64,000 nt of DNA from Thalia democratica (GCA_965202585.1 OZ241826.1:70928001-70992000), one strand, 5' to 3'. Positions 1-14,367 are shown, counted from the stretch's first letter. Numbers and translations: made by a program. Notes: a model not told the origin generated them from the sequence alone.

Positions 1-127
1 AAAAATCACAGTTAAACACTAACTTATAAATTAAAATGACAACAAATAAACATTAATTTATATAATTTATAATAAGTGAAATTTACCCCCTAAAACAAGG
101 GAATTTACCCCTGGTTAAGAATCGCTG
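1..127. mobile_element. Terminal fragment of a probable hAT-like non-autonomous element
   Basis: Ends in GGTTAAGAATCGCTG, followed by ATCTAAAG, which resembles a Charlie-type target site. AAATTTACCCC occurs twice upstream. The other end is not visible. Confidence 0.3.
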
Positions 128-304
128 ATCTAAAGTAGTATCCACGTAAATTTTAACTACTTTTTTTTATTTTTCAATTTAACTAAGATATATCTAGATA
201 AAAAAATTTCACACAGACTATGATAAAGATATAGCATATGTAAGCTGTTTTAGATAAAATAGATATCATTATTCTGTCAAATTAATTGAGCATTTATATG
301 CTAC

Positions 305-3300
305 CTTCTACAGAATCTCTTCGTTCTTTCAGATCACCCGAATTCGTCTTCATTAGAATTTTCGAAACTCTTCTAACTATGTTCTTCTTCTTTTTACTAT
401 TTTTTTCAATATTGTTTGCTGCTATCTTCCGCATTACCATCATGCAAACTTAAACAAAAAAGTCATGAAATTGTAAAACTTTTTAATAAATAAAAATAAT
501 TCAATAATGAATAACTTTACGCTAGTATTATAAATTTTAAACTATTATAAGATAAACTAAAAGTAATTGTAAACTTAACTTTACTTATTGAAAACTTTAT
601 ACTTTTAGAGATTTATTTTAAAAATTGTGCATATGCTAACTTGGAAAAAACGATAATATTAGAACTATCACTCCTACGTAAGCCGGCCACTGATGACTGA
701 AAAAATCGATTCCTACGTTAGGAGTGCAAGGCTTGGAAAAATTTCCAGAATTTATAATGATAACTCTGCACTGAGTACCTACATTAAATTACATTTTTGT
801 TATGACAGTTTTTCGTCTTACGATAAGTTTGTTATAAGTATTAAAAAACTAACTCCAATCAAATTTTAAATGATTTAAGTCTTTTACGTTTTTTTAATAA
901 ATGATTACTTTTGATTAAATATTTTAAAGCTTTAACACAAGCTTATACAAATTAGATTGTACTTAATTGGGATACAAAACTAGAATAATCATTTATTTTT
1001 TAATGTATTTTACCTGTTGTACTAAAAACGTTGTCTTGAATAAGATCACTGTTAATTGAAGTTGTTTCTCTTATTATATCAGCCATCGTTGTGTTTCTTA
1101 TTCTGTCAACGTCTGAATCCTCAAACCATCTAAATATTGTTTCAGAATACATATAAACTTAGAATACTTGGTCGTTCTTTTTATTTATTGAAATTGATTT
1201 ATAGTTTTACAAATTATTTTCCAAAAAAGGAAAAAAAAAGTTTCTATTGTAACATTATAAACTAAAACAAAAAGTTAGAGGTTTAAATATAAGATTAGAG
1301 TTTAAATTTTATAAACCAAACTTACTTTATACTCAACTAATGAAAGGGGGTTTTTATTTTATTTTTTAATATATTTTCTTTCTTTTGTGTAATTTTTACA
1401 GTAAACTATTTCAAATTTCACAGCTGTTACAATAAGACAGCACAAAAAATGTATACAACTTCGAGTAAACTAACTCTATTCTTCTGTTTTCGAACCAGAA
1501 GCGGTCGCTGTCGCGGGTTCGATGGAACTGCTGCGAGATTATACGTCTGAACAACTCTCCGATGGATCCGCTCTCGGATTCCAAAACCCCGCCAACATAC
1601 AGATCTAGCTTGCTGATGTCGTTATCGTACATCCGCGACACTTTTGCCAGAAGCTGTTCGCGACAATTTGTGTGAATTACTTTCTTACTATAAAAAACAA
1701 CTTATAACAATTAGGTTGATGAAACAGTGCTATATTTAATAAAGTTTATTTCAAACCTATAAACTTAAATTTAAAGTGATATCTTATAAGATTATTTTTT
1801 AATAGTTGTTTCTTTTTATTCTATGACATAACTAATCACTTTTGAGTCATACAATAAACTACACAGAATATTACTTTAAAGTGACTTGCAGATTGCAAAA
1901 CTCCAATCTCATTTAATTTTATTATTATTTTTCACAAATGTAAGTATTTTATAAATGATTATCTACCAATAAAGAAAGTTATAATGCTTTCTTATTATTT
2001 TTTATGTTTTCTCATTATCAAAGTGGTTTACTTTTTATAAACTTAAGCAAATTAAGCAAACTAAAGTCAATTTTAAAGAATTTTTATTTTTAACAACTAT
2101 GACTTTTTTTTATTTTTTAATAATTGTAACAGCTTATGAAAAAATTCTTAAAAAGTAAATTTGAAAAAACAGGTTTTTTAGTAAATCAAAAACTTTTGTT
2201 TACAGAGTTAAAAATTATTTTTCATACTTTCAGCAAACAAAATTATAAAAGTGAGTATAAAAAGTACCGACAGCTTCAAAAGCAAAAGTACTATTCAAGT
2301 TTTTTTAAGTTTTAGACAAACAGTTTAAATTTTGGTTTCGAATTACAGGCATAATTCACTATGCGCCAAACCAAGCGTTAAGTTGTTGTCACAGGGCAAG
2401 GAAGCAATGTAAGATATGTTTTTGTAGCCGACCGACATTATTCAAATATAGATCGAATTTTTGCATTTTCAAACCGAAATCTAAATATTATGTCTGTTTA
2501 AGGTAAACAATGATTAAGTATAATGTGTTATAGTGATGAAAAACAGCTATTAAAGGAAAAGGCAATTCTTAATTTGGCAAGTTTACTTAAGATAAAACTT
2601 GACTAGAGAAAAACTTTTTTAAACAAACATTTTTTTTATAAATAGACACGTACGTAAATTGCTTGTAAGTTTTACGTAAACAAAATTAGGTAAATGGATA
2701 TACAAGTTGTTATTTCTTTTAGACACTTACATGCGCTTTTTCATTGTCGTAGTTGTATTTAGAAATTTTTGTATAAAAGTTTTACAACACCTATAAAGCA
2801 TTATAATAAAATACTTTTTTTTAGTTGTAACCATTTTCAATCCTAGAACTTAAAACTTCCCTTTTAACAAATTTTGCTTTGAAAATGAAAGAACGACTTA
2901 TAAAGTTTTTTTAAATTATCAAGTGTTGAATAAAAGTGTATATTATAACTTAATGAAATAATAATTCAAGTTTAGTTTACTAAACAAAAACTAGCTTGCA
3001 TCATTAAAGTTTTTCACTGACAAAAAGTCACCAGCGTTAAAACAAAATAAATTAACAAGTTTTAAGACGAGCTACAGACCTGCTCGTCTATTGACGGGTT
3101 GATTTGAGAAAAGTTCTGATGAACTGGAAGACCGTAAGCTCTTCTTGCCTCGTTGTAAGTTGCCAGGCCTGCGTCCCGACCCCTCTGTATAGTGATCGCC
3201 TCTAAACTGGTTCGTGTCCTTTTCAGCGGCCCATAACTAAAATCTACAGTTAAAAAGACGTAAGTTGCTTATGTACTCTATCTAATGAGGCATAAAATGT

Positions 3301-6300
3301 TGCTTGGATTACAGGTTTTTTTAAATCATGTCTCACCTAACAAATCTTCTACTACCACATTGTCAATTTCGTCAGCTTTTTGTGAGAGCATGCCTAATGC
3401 TATATTGTCAACTCCGTTTTCCACCAGAGCTTCCTGTATATGATAAAAAATAAAAAATAACCTCATTTTAATTCAAAGTTTGATCTTTTGAATTTAAAAG
3501 GCATGATTAATGATAAAGTAAAATTTGTGTTTATTGTTTTAAGGTCAAATCTATACAGAAGCTACTGACCATATCCGAAAAGCTTTAGATTTAGTTTAAA
3601 ATGCTATAAATAGACTTCTAATTCCGTTTAGTTGTGTTGTAACAGTAAAACTTAAAAAAATTAAAATCTGACTTATTTCTTTTTTAACTAAAAGAAAATA
3701 ATTCGTGTTTTGCTGGCGATTTATATTACACTACAGTGTTACTTTTTTTATCAACTGTTGATTCATAAAAAGTCAAAAAGTTATATTTTACAAAATTTCA
3801 GCAATGAAATAAGAAAAATAAAGTTAACATTCTTAAATATTTTTAGAATAGTAAGTTTTTACACGTGAAACCACCTGCATGTTCCAATAAGTTTCGCACA
3901 GCCTCAGTGCCGGCTCCCCAGTTGACCTTCCCCATCCTTCCGGGATCGGGTTGATCGGCCTGCAGTCGGATGTCCTCCTCAGCATCACTCCGCTCGGAAC
4001 CTGCGAGTGACCGATCCTCATTGCCGCAATGGAGAACTCCATCGAAATACTCGGCTCCAAAAATTCATTGTATCCTTAGTAAAGAAAAAAGTAATAACAC
4101 TTTTAACATTTTTTAGCTGTTTTTTGATTATACTGTTTAAATGAACAATTTATTTGAGGCCTTAATACACTGCTTATATATTAATACTTGTGTTTAAGTT
4201 TTTAAAGACTTGTGTTTAAATAAAGGCACACAATAACTGATCAAGTTTTTAAAGTCTTATTAACTTTTTTAATTTCAATAGGTCTTTAAATGAAACAACA
4301 ATGTTTTTGTTTTTCGTTTTCAAAGTTTTACAGTTTTTGATCTAAACATAACGTGTAATTAATTAACTTCAAACCTTCGTAAGGAAGTGGATTTTCTCCT
4401 ATTAGTTGTGGTAACCAATCGTAAAAAACTATTTTTTGGTAAGTTGCCATCACATACTGGCGGGTCCTAATGAATATCTGTAAATTTCTAGTATAAAATT
4501 ATTTAAATATAGATAAAAATAATTTACGGTTAGTGTAAAAAAAAATTCAACTATAGCCTTAGTATTATTACGTTGTTATGATTTGTTTTTCTTACCTTAC
4601 ACAGTACTATAATACTGAATGTGTAGGAGTTATTTTTAAATACATTACAAATTTTATATAAAACTTAATGTTTCTTTTAGAGTTAGTTAAAAGTAATGAA
4701 AGACATTTAGGTAAAAAATTAAAAGTTAAAAACATTTAAGTCCAATACTTTTGAAATATATACGTCCAAGTTATTTCTTTCACATTACTTTGACTATTCT
4801 TATTATATACTTAAAAATTTGAAAACGGCTAAATCAATCTTAATACGCAGTTTTTGCTACACTTATTTATTACTTTGTAGAGTTTTTTGAAAATTTTTAC
4901 AAGTATTGAAAACAGTTAGAAAATTGTAACTTTACATTTAGCAAAGTATTATTCTTAGAGTTTAAAGGTAAGTTGACCTGATACAACACTCAGTTCAAAG
5001 CATTCAAAACTACTTTTTTTTAACTAGTATAACAAATTTAAAGATATCATCATACCTCCAATGTTTAGAAAACATAAAATATATTTTTAATACGCAGTTA
5101 ATCTTAATGCGTTTTACTAAATTAATTTTGTTTTAAAAATTAAAGAAATTTTGTAAAATTCTAATGAATAATAAATTTATAAATTTGTTACCAAGCTGCG
5201 ACTAAGATAGGCTTTTCTAAGGGCATAGTTTTTGACTATAATGTTTAATTCGCTAAGTTTCTGAAATTGTTTCAAATCAAAAACCTGCTACAAAAAGTTT
5301 AAGCATCATAGAACGACATATTAGTTCCAAAACTTAAATCCTTAAGGTGTTGTTCAAAATAGCTGTACTGACGAAACACCAGGTATGGTTAAGAAATAGG
5401 TTTCAAAATTACACTTTGTGATTTAATTTATTTCAAACAAAATAAAGCAACTATTTTATCGGCTTTTAAATGGTCAATTAAGCCTGCTTTTAAAGTTGTT
5501 TGTTCTAAACCATCGTTTTTAGTACAATCGCGTGCACGATTTACTTTTGAACGCGCAGAAATTTGCTTAACAATGAAAAATTCCGTGACACCTACTTTTT
5601 TTGTCTTCAATATTTTCAAATCAACGTACTTTGTTTAGAATTAGTTTAAAACGCTCATTTAAATATTTGAAAATATGTATATAAATTCGCTATTAATGTA
5701 AGTACACAGATATTTTTTGTACAAAAATAAGTTATTTTGCTGAAGTTTTACAGAACTTTTTTTTTTATAAAAACTGTTTTTTATCTGATACTTACCATTT
5801 TGTAAAAAAAAAATTTGTTTAAATTTAAAATTTTTTTATTATACATTTAGCTACCTTTGTAGTCAAAGTAAAAATTTACAAAAAGTATCAATATGAATTT
5901 CTAATTGTTTTTGGCAATGTTAACATGGCTATACACTTTATTTAGCATCATAATAAAAACTGTAACTTTAGATATAAAATTGCCATATTATAGACTCAGT
6001 AATTTCGTGATACTATTACGCTTGCGATTGAAAAAAGAAATAGCTTAACAACATTACAACACTGTGATACTCAACATTTAAAAACGTTGTAGACAGTAAG
6101 CTACCGGACAACAAATTTTGTGCACTAAAAACTATAATAAATAAAAACTATTTCTAATAAACAGAATTATTTTATGTTTTGATTTTTTCAATGTTGAAAT
6201 AAAATGTTAAGAACTATTATTTTTGTTACGTTTGTCTCTTTGTTAATAGAAGTAGATAAAATAAATTTCATGTACAAAATATTTTTTCACTTTACTAAAT

Positions 6301-9012
6301 TTTCTATGCACAGAAAAAAAATGTCTATGTATACTATGGATGCGCAATGTGAGAACTACAACAAATACACTTTTTAATTTATGCACACGATTTCAAGTTA
6401 CTTTATATTTACAGAAAAAGTTTGAAAGTTTGAAAATGTTGTCAATAAAAACTGATTTTATAGATTTTTTGCTGTTGGAAATGTATTAACTTTACTGTAA
6501 CTATAAGTAACTTATTTGAAGATTTACATGCAATATGTAACGAGCAATTATAGTTACCATAAACTCATTTTTACTGATAAGTTTTAAATGATAAAGTTTG
6601 TAATGTTTGTTTTATGTGCAATTTTTTGCACCAAACTTTTATACTTTGTGATTTAAATAAAAGCAAACTTTAAAGTTTGTTTGGTTTAATAAAACTTTTG
6701 ACCTGAAAGTAATGTTATTATAATCAAACCTTTTTATCTCTACTTGGTTGGTTGAATTCCAAACCTTACTTTTAATTGAAGTAAGAACATTTTAATATAA
6801 CTATTACCTTTTTTAGCTACTATCTATGTCTAAATAGCTACTACTTACTGTTACTATCTTCTATTTTTAACCAAGTATAATTGATTTTTAGTTACTTTGT
6901 TAATTTGTTAAATAGCAATCTTTTTTATCAACAAAACTTTAAGCTTAATCATAATTCTTTCGGTAGAGTCTTTTTATTGCAGACATTCGTCTCTAAACTA
7001 TATAAACGATAAATAAAAGCTGAATCTTAAGTTGTTTAAATTTTACAATAATTTTATTGAGAACCTAATGTACAAAGTCTTGTTTTACATATCATTTAAC
7101 TACAACAAACCTTTTCATCGGTCCAGTCTGGGTTTTCACTGGCGAACCGGTCAGCCAGGACATTGTGCCACCTGAACCAAATAGTGGACACGGTTATGAG
7201 AAAGGGGTTTTCGTTTCCCCTCGCGTTACCGAAACCGAACAGCTCGTTGCTGTTTCTGCGTTTCGGTGGTCGGTTTTCCCCCACTGTGGGATTGTACATG
7301 GGCATCTCTCGCTCGTTGAAGGCGGGAAAACTTTCCCGTGAGTTAAGGTTCGACTCCAACATTCCTCTCACATGACTTCGGAGTGCTGATGTCATCGCGT
7401 TGCTCACTCCGTATATGGAGGACGCATCCAACCATGACGTGGCTTCGTTCGACTGTTAGAAGTTGTACTCGAATTTGAGTAAAAATTATAGTACTTAGTT
7501 AATATGTGTTAAATTAGAAAGTTTAAAAAATACATACACAAATAATTTTAAAAAAAGTTTTAAAAATTCAGTAGTTCTTCAAACTTACGAGAAAGAACAA
7601 ATTACTTGTATTCTTGTAATTTCAAAAAAAATAATGTAGACTTTGTTCAAGTGTTTTATAGATTTTGAAAGCAAATCGCTCTACTTCAAATACTTAAACA
7701 ACATTTTTTTTTACAAACTAACTAAAGTTCTCGGAGCTCGTGAGGAGAAGCCACTGTTTTCAGTGGCACGTGATCTATACACAGGTAGAATTCTTTCGTG
7801 ATCTCTGAGGTTCGAGTAATTGCCTGTTTTAGGAATCTCGATGTTAACATACTCGTTCGGGCATCCGTACCTTCTACTGTCTAACATGTCATCTCCGATG
7901 TGCTGACCTTAAAAATTTGTATTGAACAACTATATTTAATTATTTAAGGTAGTAAGTATTTAATTTAAATTATTAAAGTTACTAAGTGATACAAAGATTT
8001 ATGAGGTTTAAGTTAGACTTTTGTTTTTTAAAACTACTAACTTAAAGTGTTTACATTGGTACTCATATTTTGTATTATATAAAAATGAAAATTTATATGA
8101 GAACAGTATTATTTTAAACTGTTAACGGTCAAAAGTCCTTAAAAACATGATGTTAATACTTTTGACCCCCTTTTTTTAACGTACAACTTAAAGTATAGAA
8201 ATTTTTATTTTTGCTTTGCAGTCTAATTTTGGACATTTCAATAATTTTTAATAATTATAAATTGGAAAAACAGTATAATTTTTAAGCTTTACAAAACTTA
8301 AGCTGTTTATAGTCGACGGAATCAACTTAATACAGCTTAACAAACCTAGAAACACGAAAAATACAGAAGTGTTTCGTGAGGAGTCGGTAAATGAACTGCC
8401 CCTCATAAGATCGCTCACTGTGAAAGGATCCGGGATTCCCTCGCTCACGGGAATCTTTATGCCGTCCTCAAAACGAGAGTTTGTACTCCGCGTCTGCGGT
8501 GATCCTGCAATGTTAGTAAAATTCTACTTATCAGCTTCATATATTTTATGGTACGTTTTACAAAATTGCTTACTAATTTTCTAGAATCGAATTATCTATT
8601 TTTTAACATAAACTATGCGTTTGATAGCTGTTATAGTAAATATTTAAAGATGTTTAAAAAAAAAAAGCTGATTGATTTTCAATGTTTAAATTAACCTGGT
8701 GAGCCCCACTCAGGATGGTCCAAGTTGTTGTACCAGCCATCAGATCTCGAAGTCTCCGTCAATAAAAATGGGTCACCTATTGTTTATATACATAATATTT
8801 TAAAACTAAATTCAACAAATATTTAAACTTTCATTTAAAGATAAAAATTAGCTATAATTAATAAAACAATTTGTATAAAAATAAAAATAGTTTGTTTTAG
8901 GTAGTTACGAAATTCTACTTTACAGTTTACTAAATACTTAAAAATAAAAGTTCTTACCTTGTACTTTTACTAAACAGAGACTAAAAATTATGTTAACTAA
9001 AACATAAATCAT
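305..9012 (-). CDS. DUOX: Dual oxidase (DUOX), 5' portion: signal peptide, peroxidase-homology domain, first TM helix; gene continues beyond the left edge
   Basis: 13 GT-AG exons join in frame: 9012-8958, 8776-8696, 8504-8346, 7907-7723, 7452-7111, 4477-4375, 4074-3875, 3433-3337, 3243-3080, 1653-1475, 1129-1014, 778-641, 448-305. Signal peptide MIYVLVNIIFSLCLVKVQG. DUOX/peroxidase motifs DGWYNNL, TSWLDASSIYG, GNARGNENPFL, WFRWHN, YQKIVFYDWLP, IQRGRDAGL, LDLYVGGVLE, RDSDRFWFEN, IRNTTMADII, then a hydrophobic helix and a basic cytosolic segment. Confidence 0.95.
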
Positions 9013-11110
9013 TTTTCATCTAGATTAAGTCCTAGTAGTTCTACATCTGATCAATCGAAATTATATAAAGTGTTTTTACAGAAAATACAATAAAGTTTTT
9101 AGCCAGGCTGTACTTTTTTCCGTATTTAGAAAGAAAACTGTTTTTCTCGTTTGCTGTTTTACGCAAATAAGTTGACTATGATAACATTTGTTCAATTAGT
9201 GGTTCGATGTACTTTCTTTTTCTAAAAATGTTTTCTACAAAAAAAATACGTTCGTCTCTTAAATTCGTAGCACAAAGTTTGCTATTTAAATTAGTCATAA
9301 GGGGCCAACAGTTAAGTGTTTATCCGAAAATTTTAGCAATGAACAAACTTTTTATTGAAGCTTTCAGTGAAATTTTATAAAAGTATTTGTTGTAATTCAT
9401 TTTAATGCTATTACGTTGTTTCAATACAAAATGATATTTGTAGTATAAGTTGTTTATTTTTTATAAATTTAAAAGTGGTTGTTTTGTTTACTAGCTTTCA
9501 AAGTTTTACCTTTTAAAACAATTTATATATTGCGTTATTTAAAATTATTTATATTTATTAACTTATTTTTTTTTGGTGTACTATGTCAACATTATAAAAA
9601 ACAGAGTATACAAACACTGAGTCTACTTAAAACTTAATAATTATTTAAAACTTAAGCTGTTCAATTTAAATTGTCTAAAGAAATAATATGAGTTAGTATT
9701 CAATAGGGTTATAGAAAAACCTTTTTTACAGTATATGTTTGTATAATTTTTACTAAAAATAACTTTTTTTATGTCTAAAAACTGGTTGGAATATTTTTAA
9801 ATCGTATTTGTTTTTATTGTTAAAGGAGCTTATTTAAACGTTTTCATATTGTTTAAGTGTTTATATTTTTGGAACAGATTAAAACTAAAAACTAAAATTA
9901 TTGATTAAACACAGTTGAAGTAAGTTACAGATTTTTTAGAAAAAAGTATTACTTTTCATAGTTAGAATATTTAACCAAAATATAGAAAAAATAAAAATAA
10001 AAATTGCTTTAAATATTGTCTTTTAAGTTTTTAACTAATTTAAAAGTTAGAACTATATTTTAAGATGTATACAAAGGTTTTTTTTATATTAATGAGTTTA
10101 AGAAAACACTGTTTATCTATTTTTATTCCTGTATAGTATCTTTACCTTATTTTTTAGATTGAAATGTATCTGGAACATAATTATTTATTAATTATATTTA
10201 GATTATTTTGACTTGTAGTATAATAAAAAAACTACCAAAATTTTTAAATGCTACAATTATTCTTTTAAAAACTTAACAACTATAAATACTGTAATCAACA
10301 TTTTTAATTGTTTCTTTTTTTTCGACTTAAATCTAAAAGTATACCGAATAAGCTTTTTGTTTTAAACTATTCTACTTAAACAATTACAATAAAATTCCTT
10401 AATAGTACGTAACACTTAGTACAAATAACTTAATGCTGAATTTTTTTACTACAAATTTGCTTATTTAGTAAAAGAAACTTACTAGTTCTTAAAATCAAAA
10501 TCATATATTATCGATGAATGACTTAAGTTATAGATTTTATACCTTTTCTAGAATAGAATAAACGTGTGCTTAAAAAATACTAAACAAATATACAAACTAA
10601 CATATTATACAAACTTTTGCTTAAATTATTTGCTTTAAACATATTATGTTTTTTTGACTTTGGTGTTTACTGGATTTTACAACATTTTTATTAATTTTTT
10701 ACGGAACATATTATTGCTAGTAAGAATCTTAAACATCAAACTGTCTTCCTTATCAAGCTTTTTTTCACTTGAAATACTAAGACTATTAATAGTTTGTACA
10801 TAATTCGAACTAAGTTATACATTTGCTGTTTCAAAATACTGAAAAAAACAATTCTACGAAATTAAATAATAAAAACTTATCTGATTAAACTAATTGTGCT
10901 TTTTTAAACTTTGATTAAGCTATTTTCTGCATGTAGTTTTATAAATAATTTAGTTTAAAAAAAGTATAAATATCCAATATCTATATAATAACAGGCTTTA
11001 CTCAAAATTTAAAACGTATATACTCTAAAGCATAATACGTATTACAGGTATTAGCTTGTTATATAGAAAATATTTTTTATAACACTTAATACAGCTTAGT
11101 CAAATATATC
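9013..11110. promoter_or_regulatory. Divergent intergenic region, probable bidirectional DUOX/DUOXA promoter
   Basis: Lies between the inferred DUOX ATG (9012, minus) and the DUOXA ATG (11111, plus). No core promoter motif could be assigned with confidence. Confidence 0.6.
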
Positions 11111-14100
11111 ATGACACTTCGAGACGGTTTCCCGCCATTTTACGCGGAGAGGAGCTCCGAAGCGTTGATGCCGGATGAAGCTCTCTTCCTCATCTTCTCA
11201 ATATGTGTCCTCATCTTGGCCATGGTGATCATATTGCCTGGCTTCAGATCGTGGGAGGTGAGCTTTAAAAAGTTTAGTATTTTTAAAAAAGACAGAAAGA
11301 TAACTTTTTTTTATAATTAGAAACATGAAAACTATTTTACGAAACCTACTTAGAATATTTTTTATTTATGTCAATATTACTAGTAAAAATACTTTATATG
11401 ACTTTTCGACATTTTCGATAAGTAAATAAATTTTTTATTACAAATTATAAAGATATTTATTAACACATCTTGTGAATTTAACAGTTTAAGTGATGTATTT
11501 ACTTAAAACAACTTTATACTTTAGTCTTTAATAAAGTTATATACATTGTTTATAAAGTGATAAAAAAAGCGCTCAAAAAGTTTGGTCTAAGGACCTGGTG
11601 TAAAAAGGAACCTTTCGGTTATCGAGTCGTACACCACAACGTTATGGTTTTATTTAATCTCTAGTAACTGTATAAAGCCTTTATTCATTAACACATTTTA
11701 TTTTTAAGCGTATAAAATACAGTTCAATCATCTTTTATAAACTTTTATAGCGTCTACTGTTTTTACTACATTGGAGTTTTACATTACTAGTTGGTGGCAG
11801 CATTCTAGGTAGGAATTTGCATTATTTGTATTCTAAAAAAAAAGTTTTATTTAATTAAATTTGATACTAAGTCGTGCTTTTATTTAAACTTAAACTGCTA
11901 ATAATTATTTACAAACTACATAGATTTAATTTATAATTCTATACTTTTGCTACTACTACAATAATAAATTTTAATATACTTTTGCCATGCACTATACAAC
12001 GTTTTATGACTTAAAACCTTCAATTTTACACCGTAAAATACTTATACACTTCATTTTTAAACTAAAAACTTAAACCTGTGTTAGTACAAAAGCAAAGACA
12101 GTTATTATATTTTTAATTATAACTTACTTTAAAGTAAACTTGGTATATTGAGTAAACATTTAAAGCTTCCGTGTTTGGAGTGCACTGGCATGTAGCCGAA
12201 GTTACAACTGAAATTCCGTTTCTCAAAAGACAAAAAGAAGTGATGAATGCAACAGTCGGCTTGAAAGTTGGTCTTCACTCGTTCAACGTCACATTGGAAG
12301 GTAAAAGTATTATAAAGTTTATCTTTAGATTTTCTTAACTTAAAAAACGATGCACTCAACTGTAGTTTACATATTTTCTTGCAATAGTAAAAACAAGCTT
12401 ATTTTTTGTGTTTAATAGATTAAGAGATAAAAAATTCAAAAGCAACACTTCTTAATATGTGCTGATATCATGCTTGTGTTAAAACTTTTTATTTTTTAAC
12501 ACAAAAAATAAAAAGTAATGAATATTTTCACTTTAGGCCAAAATTAGATGATATGATATATAGGTATTTATTCTAGTTTTGATTAATTTCAACTAATATC
12601 TATATTTCAAGTACATACTAGTAAAATAATCTAAGCATACCTTTCACATATCTTTGACTTAAAAAAACTTAACTGACTTTAATGTAAATACCTTTTAAGG
12701 TATTAACCGAGCGTATAATATTTTCAATCTTGTTAATCAAAAATTTTATCATGTTACTGTGCTATACATTTAATGCAAACAAAGAACAAATAAAGTAGTT
12801 TATCAACATTTTACATACAAATATTTTTACATACAAAGCAAAAACCCGATTCACACAGGTATGAAGGACGATGTGAAAGAGATGAGTCTGACGGAGAAGT
12901 ATTTCTTCCTCACCACCGACGAGCAGATGGAGGAGGCTTTGAGGAGGGGAATGCCCTCCCCCATACTCAACGTGGTGGAGCATTTCAGCGGCAACAGGAT
13001 CTCCTCCGTGTGGCCTTGGAGCAGGAGGTACTGGATCATCGGACATTTCTCCTCCTACTTGCTGTGGTAATTGTAATTTTTACTTTATTTATAGTTTATT
13101 CTTGGTGTTAAAAATAGTATAAAAAGAAATAAATAAAAAGTAACACCTGATATATTATTTTTGCAAAGTATAATTTAACCTTTCAGGGCTGCCTTCGCTT
13201 TCTGGTTGCTCTTCAACTTGATAATCCACGCAGTTGTGAAGTACGGGTGTTTGTGTCTTTCCATCGTCGGTGTTCTCATGGAGCTGACCTGCATAACATT
13301 TTCATCTATTAACAGATACGGTCAACCGATGGTGACTGTTGGGTATTACTCTGAAACCGCTTTCCTTCAACTCCAATTTGGTTGGAGTTTTTGGCTGTGT
13401 TTTGCAGTTGGTAAGTTTAAACTTTGAATTGTTCAGAGCAAATGACATTTATTTTAAAAAAAAAATTTTAAACTTGATTTTTTTAAATTAAGCAACAAAA
13501 ATAATGTGAGCGAATTTTAGATATCAGTTATTAGAAAAAAAGCCATAATACTTTCTTACAATGACAACATACATTATAATTACATTTTACAGCCGTAAAC
13601 TAAATAAATTTAACTTACGATTTAGTTTGTTCGTAATAGTTTGAAATAAATGTATTTAGGCTTAATTTGCATTTTTTGGTCGGTGTTTCTGCTTTACCAA
13701 GAGAAAACAAACAAAAAAGCTGTTCGCTTATTCTTTAATATCGAAAATGGAGATGAAAATGAGTTTAATGAAGGTTTGTGTTACACTATATCTTCTACAA
13801 CTTTATCTTTTACCAATTTTTGAATCTAGATTTCTTAACTATTATTAAGTTTTTATTGTATGCATCACGTACATTGTTAATATCTCAGTTTTAAGATTAG
13901 AAAATAAATTATAATTGAACAACAACGGCTTAAAACTGTTTAATAGTTAATAAACAGTAAAGAGCAAAATTGTATTCAACTAAAAAGAAATATGATTTTT
14001 TAAGTTTTGAATTAAGTTTGAATAATGTATGTATATTACTTTTTGTGAAATCCTTTTTTTAACTAGTAATATAATTTTAGCTGTACAAGTTTACGTTCAC

Positions 14101-14367
14101 TCGCGAAGGAACAGCACCGTAGGTGGGAGTGTCACGTCGGAAATGATCCAGCAAATCAACAGCAAATCACTTCTGCAGAAGCTACAGAACCTGGACAACA
14201 ACCGTTTGTCGGTAACAAACGACGCTTTTGAGCCGGAAGCGCAGGAGAAAAAGTATAGCCCTGTTTTTGAAAAGAGAAAAATCACGTTCAAAGATGAGCG
14301 ACCCCTCAGAGTAGAGGAAAGTACACTTTCCGTTCCTACTATTGTTGTTAATGATCTCTCAGAATAA
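11111..14367 (+). CDS. DUOXA: Dual oxidase maturation factor (DUOXA/NIP family), 7 exons, 390 aa
   Basis: Exons 11111-11257, 11751-11808, 12166-12300, 12859-13066, 13187-13410, 13660-13773, 14081-14367 join in frame through GT-AG introns. Family-like segments: IILPGFRSWE, TLLVGGSIL, ATVGLKVGLHSFNVTLEG, ALRRGMPSPILNVVEHF, GHFSSYLLWAAFAFWLL, FGWSFWLCFAVGLICI. Confidence 0.93.
11559..11637 (+). repeat. Dispersed ~80-115 bp repeat (AACC-TTTC-GGTT hairpin family), copy in DUOXA intron 1
   Basis: GATAAAAAAAGCGCTCAAAAAG...GGAACCTTTCGGTTATCGAGTCGTACACCAC; matches copies at 24078, 52188, 57057 and 57572. Confidence 0.85.

Noticed and set aside
7163-8584. Plus-strand ORFs 7163-7375 and 8369-8584
   Set aside because: Antisense shadows of GC-rich DUOX exons; no independent coding signal.
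12129-13046. Minus-strand ORFs 12129-12359, 12762-13046 and 12851-13039
   Set aside because: Antisense to DUOXA exons 3-4.
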